This document shows, in pieces, positions 8,095 through 15,241 of a stretch of DNA of 55,755 nt. The translations under genes and the position numbers were made by a program. This stretch comes from a bacterium (lineage in GTDB: Bacteria > Patescibacteriota > Minisyncoccia > Phycocordibacterales > UBA918), in the NCBI GenBank assembly GCA_030430425.1, contig JAUIFS010000002.1, positions 1 to 55,755 of the forward strand, given 5' to 3'. The notes below the pieces were generated by a model that was not told the DNA's origin, did no database searches, and saw nothing but the letters and a program-made list of their open reading frames with translations. Position 1 is the first letter of the stretch. Each line of letters begins with the position of its first letter.

Positions 8095-8994
8095 ATGCGA
8101 TACATCATTACATCAGTACTATTTTTTCTTCCCAAGATCATATTTGCACAAGGGTTTGTGACCTGTCATGAGGGTGGGAAGTGCAGTTTTTGCGAACTGA
8201 TGGCAATGGTAAATAGTATTGTTGAGTGGGTGATTATTATTGGTACATTGTGTACAGTGCTTATCCTTGCGTATGCAGGCTTCCTACTCATCGTCTCTCG
8301 GGGAGATGCAAGCGCGCTTGCGAAGGGTAAGAAGATATTTTTCCAGTGCATCATCGGTATCCTGATTATGCTTGCGTCGTGGACTATTGTAGACACAGGC
8401 ATAAAACTCTTTGCGGGAGGAGAGCTTGGTATGTGGAATGAAGTGCAGTGTGGGGCTGGGCAGTTTGCTGTTGGAGATGCTTCGGAGTATGGGATAGATC
8501 TCAGTCTGTATGAGGTTGAGGTGCTTGAAGGAGACGGCTCGACGATCACCATTCATACAGGAGGACATGTAGGTGTCGATGGAGACACAACCACTGTTAC
8601 CTCATGTGATGAGTCAGTAATGGCGTCCATGACTTTATTTGGTCACCCTGTTCGTATTCATCAAAATCTAGTACCGAGTTTGAGTCGTGTTGATGCCGCG
8701 TGGCGAAGTAGGGGTGGGGACTCGTACTATAGAGTAACCTCTGTTGGAGGGTATGCATGTCGAAAGATCGCAGGCTCAAACAAAATGTCTAACCATTCCT
8801 ATGGTGTTGCAGTCGATATAAACCCTGCACAGAATCCGCATCTAAAAAGCGAGTGTCGGACAAACATGCATGAATCTCGCTTTTATGACCTGTTTATGGC
8901 AGAGGGTTGGGGTTGGGGATGTAATTGGTCGTCTTCTAAAGATGCGATGCACTTTAGTAAAGCAGGCGGTGAAGGAGGAGATGGTAAATATTAA
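8095..8994 (+). CDS. pilin-like module fused to M15C/VanY-type peptidase domain
   Basis: Signal peptide, TCHEGGKCSFCEL, TM1, SRGD, TM2, WNEVQC. C-terminal SNHSYGVAVDINP ... GWGWGCNWSSSKDAMHFS, the pattern seen in VanY-type endolysins. Confidence 0.8.
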   Translation: MRYIITSVLFFLPKIIFAQGFVTCHEGGKCSFCELMAMVNSIVEWVIIIGTLCTVLILAYAGFLLIVSRGDASALAKGKKIFFQCIIGILIMLASWTIVDTGIKLFAGGELGMWNEVQCGAGQFAVGDASEYGIDLSLYEVEVLEGDGSTITIHTGGHVGVDGDTTTVTSCDESVMASMTLFGHPVRIHQNLVPSLSRVDAAWRSRGGDSYYRVTSVGGYACRKIAGSNKMSNHSYGVAVDINPAQNPHLKSECRTNMHESRFYDLFMAEGWGWGCNWSSSKDAMHFSKAGGEGGDGKY

Positions 8995-9010
8995 ATTATA
9001 GTGTATTGAT

Positions 9011-9652
9011 ATGCGTATACTTACAAAAATAGTATTGATAATAATACTCGTCGTGTTGGGTAGTTTTTTGCTTAAACAGTTACTTACAAAGATGGTAATT
9101 GAAAATGATCATGATCATCATGAGTATACTGATCTCCCTGTTGGGGATTCGAATGTTCCCCGAGGCTCAGTAGGTGTAATCCCGACAACGGTAGGAGTAG
9201 ATCCTGAAGACACACAACCATTTACCTCGTTGCTTACAAGAGAGCCAGACCAACAATTCTCGTCCGCGTTAGCTACGGTATATGACGATGTGTATGGTAT
9301 TTTCCCTTGCAATGTAGGCGCTGAAAAGACAAATGTTGTGATGTTTACTGCAAAAACCTCACCAACGCCAGAAGGTCCAACGTATGAGCATGCAAAACAA
9401 CAGATTGAATTATGGGAGCCACATTTACTTCCTGATATTGGATATATGATTTTTCCAGAAAGGTCTCTGCCAGAGACACCAGGACTTCTTTCTTTTGTAC
9501 AGGTAGGAGATAGTCCATACCGTCGTGCTTCGGCAATTTTTAACTCGGGAGAAGCGTATGTATATACAGGCTGGCGTTTGAACTATGTGTTTTATGCAAG
9601 TTCCTTAGAATGTCTTGTGGGGGCGATGGATCTTGTGTATGAAGCACACTAA
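9011..9652 (+). CDS. membrane-anchored hypothetical protein (accessory B)
   Basis: N-terminal TM IVLIIILVVLGSFLL, His-rich DHDHHE stretch, no recognised domain. Last gene of the 5726-9652 co-directional block. Confidence 0.65.
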   Translation: MRILTKIVLIIILVVLGSFLLKQLLTKMVIENDHDHHEYTDLPVGDSNVPRGSVGVIPTTVGVDPEDTQPFTSLLTREPDQQFSSALATVYDDVYGIFPCNVGAEKTNVVMFTAKTSPTPEGPTYEHAKQQIELWEPHLLPDIGYMIFPERSLPETPGLLSFVQVGDSPYRRASAIFNSGEAYVYTGWRLNYVFYASSLECLVGAMDLVYEAH

Positions 9653-9858
9653 TCCTTAGTTTTCTCGTCTGCCATAGGATAATGAAAATAGAAAAAGTGT
9701 ATGGGCAAAAAACGTGGCTTTGAACTGATTTTTAAGGAGCAGAGTGATTATAAAAATGGAAATACTCTTGTGGTGCAGAACTGTATAAGGAGAGGGAATA
9801 TATCAAAAGCAGTATTCAGATACTGCAAGAGTTGATGGAGAAGTGATAGTCAGAAACC

Positions 9859-9886
9859 TTGCTTTTTGGGTAAAATATGATATAAT
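9859..9886 (+). promoter_or_regulatory. sigma70-like promoter with extended -10
   Basis: TTGCTT (9859-9864), 16-nt spacer, TGaTATAAT (9878-9886). It sits upstream of the 9919-9972 hairpin and the ORF at 10011. Confidence 0.45.
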
Positions 9887-9918
9887 GTATGAACAGTTCT
9901 TTTCATATTTCAAGGTTC

Positions 9919-9972
9919 AATGAGACGAACATTTTGCATATCAATCGTGGTGTGTAGAATGTTCGTCTCATT
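9919..9972 (+). promoter_or_regulatory. 5'-leader stem-loop (15-bp perfect stem, 24-nt loop)
   Basis: aatgagacgaacatt (9919-9933) pairs with aatgttcgtctcatt (9958-9972). It lies between the predicted promoter and the GGAGG (10000-10004) of the ORF at 10011. Confidence 0.6.
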
Positions 9973-10010
9973 CTGAACGGACATAACTTTCAACCTAATG
10001 GAGGCACACG

Positions 10011-10814
10011 ATGGCTAACATCGCACACCTTAACACTTCTGCCCTTGATACGGCAGCCAAGTTTTTCCGCACAATGAACAAAGCAGGAGCGGACTTCACA
10101 GGACCAATGCAGAGCGTCACCCAGCGTCGCAATCTGGTCGCTTATCTCGAAATGGGCTGTCCCAAGCTGAACAGTGACGGTGAAATCGTCACTCCGACCT
10201 TGTCTGATGGCGAAGAACTCGCCCGTCTCATCCTTGGGGACGACTATCTGTCCCCCGAAGATGTGGCAAAGGCATACGGCTGGAGCTACAACGACGAGCA
10301 ACTGGCGAATTTCGCCAATACGTTGCCCGATTTCGAAGAGCTAATGTGGCTTCGCTCCAACGGCTATATGCTGGTGGCGACCCTGCCGACCGACTGCAAC
10401 CTGCTTCAAGTTCGTGACCTCGACAACCAACTCTTCTACTCCAAGTCGGAGGGCTGGTATGCCGAGAGCAAGCACACGTTCTCTCGTGAGGACGTGGTCA
10501 AAGCTGGCGAATGGCTGATGGTTCGCAAAGAACCATATCCCAACTCTCGGAGCAAGAACTGGGGCGAGCAACGCTCGCTCCTCTCGGAAGTCGAACACGT
10601 CCCGAATGCTCCCGAAGTCGGCTACGCCGTCACTGCCTACTACAAGGTGTGTGGCGTGTATCTGCTCAAGGGCGTTTACGTTCGCACTTTCTCGGTTGAT
10701 GCTGACGGCAACCGTGTCATCGTCGGTAACTTCGACGGTGACGGTCTCGGCGTCTGCAGCTACTGGGATGACCGCCGTGACGAAGACTTCGGTGTTTCGT
10801 CCTCTCGGAAATGA
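10011..10814 (+). CDS. hypothetical protein (267 aa), compositionally atypical
   Basis: GGAGG 6 nt upstream of the ATG. No TM or signal peptide and no recognised motif. Strong C/T-ending codon preference: only 2 A-ending codons among the last 62, versus 15 of the first 60 clpB codons. Confidence 0.75.
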   Translation: MANIAHLNTSALDTAAKFFRTMNKAGADFTGPMQSVTQRRNLVAYLEMGCPKLNSDGEIVTPTLSDGEELARLILGDDYLSPEDVAKAYGWSYNDEQLANFANTLPDFEELMWLRSNGYMLVATLPTDCNLLQVRDLDNQLFYSKSEGWYAESKHTFSREDVVKAGEWLMVRKEPYPNSRSKNWGEQRSLLSEVEHVPNAPEVGYAVTAYYKVCGVYLLKGVYVRTFSVDADGNRVIVGNFDGDGLGVCSYWDDRRDEDFGVSSSRK

Positions 10815-10952
10815 CCTAGTTTTCAAGGAGAGCTTGCTCGACTATGAAAACGGAAATGCCCGTGTGGTAGAACCTTGATTGCTTGAATACTTGATATTCT
10901 CGCATTCTTGACCCTTTCTTTGGGCGAAGCCCTCGCTCCAAAATGGGAAACT

Positions 10953-10988
10953 GGACCCCTTGCTCACGCTTGGGGTCCTTATTTTTAT
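10953..10988 (+). terminator. Hairpin terminator
   Basis: ggacccc/ggggtcc stem, 12-nt loop, followed by ttattttta. Confidence 0.45.
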
Positions 10989-11141
10989 GATAAAATCACA
11001 ATACTTGTTCGTGTAGGTGCGACTACTGGTTTCATCTCACAAGTGTTTCTGCTTGAAACTATGTCAGCGTATTTGCGTTTACTGGATGCAAATAGAGTAC
11101 ATATCAGGTATGGATTTGATTTCTTGCCTAGCTTCACAGGA

Positions 11142-11280
11142 GGTCACAGGTTACTAACGATTTGATGTGGACTCGTCCTGACGGTTTCTAATTTCGGCGC
11201 AGGCTGCTCATTAAGAACCGCGGGACGCAGCTCACATCGTTTATGCCTCCTGCATGCGGTCACAGGTTACTAATGATTTG
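11142..11280 (+). repeat. Two 23-nt direct repeats (1 mismatch) 116 bp apart in a non-coding stretch
   Basis: ggtcacaggttactaaCgatttg (11142-11164) and ggtcacaggttactaaTgatttg (11258-11280). caggagg (11137-11143) is complementary to cctcctg (11247-11253). Confidence 0.7.
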
Positions 11281-11363
11281 CGTCGCAAGCTCCTTAAATC
11301 ATAAGTACCTTCGACCCCGCCTCGCTCGTAAACATCGTTGCGACTCCCGCTCGAGTATGAAAG

Positions 11364-11423
11364 GAAAGCAGTTTGCTTTCTAAAACGAAAAACCTCAGAC
11401 ATATGTCTGAGGTTTTTCGTTTT
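11364..11423 (-). terminator. Bipartite hairpin module downstream of tRNA-Trp
   Basis: 42-nt perfect palindrome aaaacgaaaaacctcagacatatgtctgaggtttttcgtttt (11382-11423) plus a gaaagca/tgctttc hairpin (11364-11380). Confidence 0.7.
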
Positions 11424-11430
11424 ACTCGAG

Positions 11431-11501
11431 CGGGTCCACGAGGACTCGAACCTCGGCTGACGGTTTTGGAGACCGTAGTTCTACCACTAAACTATAGACC
11501 C
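11431..11501 (-). tRNA. tRNA-Trp (anticodon CCA), no encoded CCA end
   Basis: Hand-folded: acceptor GGGTCTA/TGGACCC, anticodon arm ACGGT-CTCCAAA-ACCGT, T arm GAGGTTCGAGTCCTC, discriminator G. Confidence 0.92.
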
Positions 11502-11611
11502 TGTAACTGTCCGGGGGACAGTTACAGTTCTGTCTCCTCGAATAGTGTTTTGTGCACAAGTATTAATTACTCATGACGTGCGGTACATAGTAGGGGAATT
11601 TGCTTCTACAA

Positions 11612-12511
11612 TCAACCCTTTAGCCAAGTTTCTACTGTTGAGAAAATATGCTGTGTGTCAGTTTTGTCTACCCAGACTATGGACTTATCGCGTTTCAACC
11701 ATGTCATTTGTCGCTTTGCAAATTGACGTGTTTTTGTTTCTAGCTGTGTGCACATTTCTTCATACGTGAGCTTGTCACGAAGATGACGAGAAATATACCG
11801 GCACTCAAGTCCGAGTGCTTCAAGTCGGTTATGGGTGAGTCCATGTGCAATCAGATTCTGTATTTCATCGATCATGCCTTCTTCAAGACGTTGCATAAGT
11901 CGAATGTGTATATTGTGGTGAAGCTCTTCTTTAGGTAAATCAATACCGAGTGTGAGCGTGTCGTATAGCTCACTACTTGTACGCGGAGGAACTTTGCCGA
12001 GTGCGGCAACAATCTCAAGAGCACGTACAAGTCGGCGATGGTTTTGTGGGTCCATCATTGCAGCACGTTCTGGGTCTTGCAACTTGAGCTTTTGATACAA
12101 CTCTTCTGAGGAACACTTTTCAAATTCTTCTCGAAGTGCTTCATTGGGAGGTACTTCGGGACTGCTTATTTTTCCAAGCAGCATATCAACATAGAAAAAA
12201 GTACCTCCTGCAATGATGGGCAGGTTGTCTCGTGCAATGATGTCTCGTATCGCTTTTGCGCCATCGTGTGCAAAATCAGACGCGGTATAGACCGACATTG
12301 GGTCTGCCACATCGAGAAGATGGTGAGGGACGCCTCTCATTTCCTCTCTGGTTACCTTACCACTGGCTAGATCAAGTCCTGTGTAGACCTGCCGTGAGTC
12401 AGCAGAAATAACCGCACCTGTGAATTTTTTGGCGAGCATGATAGAGAGAGACGTTTTTCCTGAGGATGTTGGTCCAACGATACTCAATACTTTTGGTTTT
12501 GCTTCACGCAT
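11612..12511 (-). CDS. miaA: tRNA dimethylallyltransferase
   Basis: P-loop GPTSSGKTSLS, ISADSRQVYTGLDLASGK, PHHLLD; typical length (299 aa). Confidence 0.92.
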   Translation of the reverse strand: MREAKPKVLSIVGPTSSGKTSLSIMLAKKFTGAVISADSRQVYTGLDLASGKVTREEMRGVPHHLLDVADPMSVYTASDFAHDGAKAIRDIIARDNLPIIAGGTFFYVDMLLGKISSPEVPPNEALREEFEKCSSEELYQKLKLQDPERAAMMDPQNHRRLVRALEIVAALGKVPPRTSSELYDTLTLGIDLPKEELHHNIHIRLMQRLEEGMIDEIQNLIAHGLTHNRLEALGLECRYISRHLRDKLTYEEMCTQLETKTRQFAKRQMTWLKRDKSIVWVDKTDTQHIFSTVETWLKG

Positions 12512-12564
12512 ATACTGCGCATGGTATCATAGCTTCGTTATAAAACTATAGACAATATATATTT

Positions 12565-13164
12565 ATGGATGAACTGGAGTTTGAACCTGTGTTTGCACCA
12601 CTTACCATTGGTGATGAGGTTCCTGAAGATTTGGAATTTAAGGTATACCACAAAGGTGAAATATCAGAAATGAGCTTTAAAGAGCTACGCGGAAAGTGGG
12701 TGGTACTTTTCTTTTATCCTGCTGACTTTACCTTTGTGTGCCCAACAGAGCTTGGTGAAATGGCGCATCTCTATGAGCAGTTTGTAGAAGTGGGGGCAGA
12801 AGTAGTTTCGGTTTCAACAGACACTGCATTTGTACATAAAGCATGGCACGATACTTCTGAAACAATCAAAACTATCACTTATCCAATGGCAGCAGACCCT
12901 GCACACGAGCTCTCTGATCTGTTTGGAGTACTTATTGAAGATGAGGGTGTTGCACGACGCGGAACATTTATTATTTCACCAGATGGAGTGATTAAAACGC
13001 TCGAAATGAACGACGATGCAATCGGACGATGTGCAAAAGAAACATTGCGAAAGCTGAAGGCTGCAAAGTATGTGGGAGAGAATCCAACAAACGTATGTCC
13101 AGCAAGTTGGGACGATGGTGACGAGACACTGACCCCTGGAGTAGATCTAGTTGGAAAGATTTAA
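12565..13164 (+). CDS. typical 2-Cys peroxiredoxin (AhpC/Tsa family)
   Basis: FFYPADFTFVCPTEL peroxidatic Cys motif and C-terminal NVCPASW resolving Cys. Confidence 0.92.
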   Translation: MDELEFEPVFAPLTIGDEVPEDLEFKVYHKGEISEMSFKELRGKWVVLFFYPADFTFVCPTELGEMAHLYEQFVEVGAEVVSVSTDTAFVHKAWHDTSETIKTITYPMAADPAHELSDLFGVLIEDEGVARRGTFIISPDGVIKTLEMNDDAIGRCAKETLRKLKAAKYVGENPTNVCPASWDDGDETLTPGVDLVGKI

Positions 13165-13169
13165 AAGAA

Positions 13170-13196
13170 AAACCCGCGAAATTCGCGGGTTTTTTA
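13170..13196 (+). terminator. Hairpin terminator
   Basis: cccgcga/tcgcggg stem, loop aat, followed by tttttt. Confidence 0.75.
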
Positions 13197-13295
13197 ATAT
13201 AGAACTTTCACTGGAGCGAATAATATAGCCGCCAATAAAAGCGAATGAATAGGTTTTTATGCCTAAGTCGTTTTTGGCGTCTTTCATTGCTTTGC

Positions 13296-13457
13296 TCAAG
13301 CATCTCGAGCTCTTTTTGCCATACTTCTTTTTGTGTGGAGTACAAGAAGATGCTCGATTAGATCTTGTTGTTTCTCAGTGTCGTTTGGATATAGTTTTTG
13401 TGCATGAGCAGTAACGCGCATGGTCACTATGGTCCAGTGTGTTGCTGAAATACTCAT
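13296..13457 (-). CDS. possible small ORF (53 aa)
   Basis: GGAGG 7 nt upstream of the minus-strand ATG at 13457. Product MSISATHWTIVTMRVTAHAQKLYPNDTEKQQDLIEHLLVLHTKRSMAKRARDA. Below the ORF-track cutoff and without family support. Confidence 0.3.
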   Translation of the reverse strand: MSISATHWTIVTMRVTAHAQKLYPNDTEKQQDLIEHLLVLHTKRSMAKRARDA

Positions 13458-13558
13458 TTATGACCTCCGTTTCTCGCTATACTTTATGTTATTCTCAATC
13501 TCGTGTCTATACCTATAAGAGAAAATTTGGTACACTCACAGTCACTTCAAACCAATGT

Positions 13559-13640
13559 GCCGGAGTGGCGGAATTGGTAGACGCGCACGACTCAAAATCG
13601 TGTTCCGTAAGGAGTGCGGGTTCGATTCCCGCCTCCGGCA
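13559..13640 (+). tRNA. tRNA-Leu (anticodon CAA), long variable arm
   Basis: Acceptor GCCGGAG/CTCCGGC, anticodon arm CACGA-CTCAAAA-TCGTG, variable arm, T arm GCGGGTTCGATTCCCGC, discriminator A. Confidence 0.92.
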
Positions 13641-13746
13641 CAGTGAGTTGAAGTTATAAACAGGAGCCGTTGAGGTGTTGTGGTAAAATACATAAAACGA
13701 GTCCGATTTGGAGGTAATAACTCGGTTTTTTATTGTATTTAGGATT

Positions 13747-15198
13747 ATGGCATTTCAAGGTGATTCAATTTTCTGGGTGGAGACAGGGAAAATAGTGGCA
13801 AACCCGTTTCAACCGCGGCGTGAATTTGATGAGGCAAAGTTAAAAGAGCTTGCAGAGTCTGTGCGTATGTACGGTATTTTGCAGCCGCTTACGGTAACGC
13901 GTAAAGAAATACAGTGTGAGAACGGAGCTTTTTATACTGAGTATGAACTGATTGCAGGGGAGCGACGTCTTCGCGCAAGTAAGCTCGCAGGGCTTGAGCA
14001 GGTGCCAGTTATTATTCGTTCGGGAGAAGATACTGAACAAGAGAAGCTGGAGCTGGCAATTATTGAAAACCTGCAACGGGAAGACCTCAACGCAGTTGAT
14101 CGTGCACTGGCATTTAAACAGCTTGCTGATGCGTTTGAGCTGTCACATGCACAAGTGGCAAAGAAGGTGGGTCGCTCACGTGAATATGTTTCAAATAGTA
14201 TTCGTTTGCTCGGTCTCCCGGAGTGCATGCTCAACTCATTGAAACTAGGAGACATTTCCGAAGGGCATGCACGGACGCTGCTTATGCTCAAGGATCGTCC
14301 TGAAGAGCAAGATGTTGTGTACCGTGAGATTCTGCTTAAAAAGCTTTCAGTGCGTGAAGTAGAGCGTATCACACGAAAGATTGCCTCCGATAAGGTGCGT
14401 AAGAAGAAGTGGACTGACACGGACCCTGAACTGATTGCAATTGAAAAAGATATCACCGATTCTCTTGGTACGCGTGTGCAGATATCTAAGACCGACTTTG
14501 GAGGCAAACTTACCATCGATTATTTCTCTGACGAAGATTTGCAAAAATTGCTTTCACTCCTGAAGGCTGAAGAAGCAGCTCGAGTAGAAGAAGAGGAGCA
14601 AGAAAGCACGACAGTCGTGCATGAGATGTCGCCCGAGGCGTCGCTTATGGCAAAGTTGGCAACAGCTACTCCTTTGGTGCTTGATGAAGATGAGGCTCCT
14701 GAGTTGCAGGTGCCTGAGCCACCACTGCAGGAAGAAACACAGCGTGCACCGCAGGCAGAAGATTCGCGGCACAGTATTCCGATGGAGGAGTCGACACCAT
14801 TTGGTGTGTTTGAAGAAGTGCCGTCAGAAGTACAAGAGCAAGAGCATACAGCTCCTGCAGCGGCTACTGAAAAGCAGGAAGGTACCGCAGTCTCTGGTGA
14901 AGAAAAGACACATACGCAAGCGCCTGCAGTTTCTGAATCACAGACAGAGCAGTCTGAATCAAACGCGCCTGCAGCTTCATCTGTTCCTGAACCATCTGTT
15001 GAAGATACACCAAAAGAGGTGATAGAAAGTGATGAGTTTGCATTTATTGCAAAGCATACACAGGAAGCCCGTAGGGAAGACCTTGCAAACCCATACGAAG
15101 CACCTACACCCACTGTGTCGGAGCAACAAGACCGTGAGGATCCTCCAGAGAAAGCTGATGACGAAGATTTGTACTCGATGAAGAATTTTTCGCTGTAA
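13747..15198 (+). CDS. parB: ParB/Spo0J-family protein with ~210-aa acidic low-complexity C-terminal extension
   Basis: ATG at 13747 (MAFQGDSIFWV) is preferred over the TTG at 13708. NPFQPRREFDE, LAESVRMYGILQPLTV, IAGERRLRAS (GERRxR box), HTH region, and a canonical C-terminal GGKLTIDYFSDEDLQKLLSLL followed by an E/P/S/T/Q-rich tail. No parA adjacent. Confidence 0.88.
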   Translation: MAFQGDSIFWVETGKIVANPFQPRREFDEAKLKELAESVRMYGILQPLTVTRKEIQCENGAFYTEYELIAGERRLRASKLAGLEQVPVIIRSGEDTEQEKLELAIIENLQREDLNAVDRALAFKQLADAFELSHAQVAKKVGRSREYVSNSIRLLGLPECMLNSLKLGDISEGHARTLLMLKDRPEEQDVVYREILLKKLSVREVERITRKIASDKVRKKKWTDTDPELIAIEKDITDSLGTRVQISKTDFGGKLTIDYFSDEDLQKLLSLLKAEEAARVEEEEQESTTVVHEMSPEASLMAKLATATPLVLDEDEAPELQVPEPPLQEETQRAPQAEDSRHSIPMEESTPFGVFEEVPSEVQEQEHTAPAAATEKQEGTAVSGEEKTHTQAPAVSESQTEQSESNAPAASSVPEPSVEDTPKEVIESDEFAFIAKHTQEARREDLANPYEAPTPTVSEQQDREDPPEKADDEDLYSMKNFSL

Positions 15199-15212
15199 TG
15201 TATACAAGACAC

Positions 15213-15241
15213 AAAAAGCGTGACGTTAGTCACGCTTTTTG
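15213..15241. terminator. Bidirectional hairpin terminator (parB / relA-like convergent pair)
   Basis: agcgtgac/gtcacgct stem, loop gtta, flanked by A- and T-runs. It overlaps the relA-like stop codon (15226-15228). Confidence 0.75.

Noticed and set aside
10341-10826. 161-aa antisense ORF opposite the atypical gene at 10011-10814
   Set aside because: Stop-free antisense frames are expected in locally G+C-rich DNA. The sense ORF has the SD, promoter and terminator.
10908-11165. 85-aa ORF after the atypical gene
   Set aside because: It spans the 10953-10988 terminator and the repeat region, and has no SD.
11346-11434. 12-nt inverted repeat cccgctcgagta / tactcgagcggg linking the tRNA-Trp 3' end to a site 65 nt downstream
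   Set aside because: It is short, contains the self-complementary CTCGAG, and merely encloses the terminator hairpins. It is not sufficient to call an att site.
13932-15233. Long antisense ORFs (194 aa and 237 aa) opposite parB
   Set aside because: They are by-products of the biased E/P/S/T-rich tail and the conserved ParB core. The Ser/Cys/Ala-rich translations are not protein-like.
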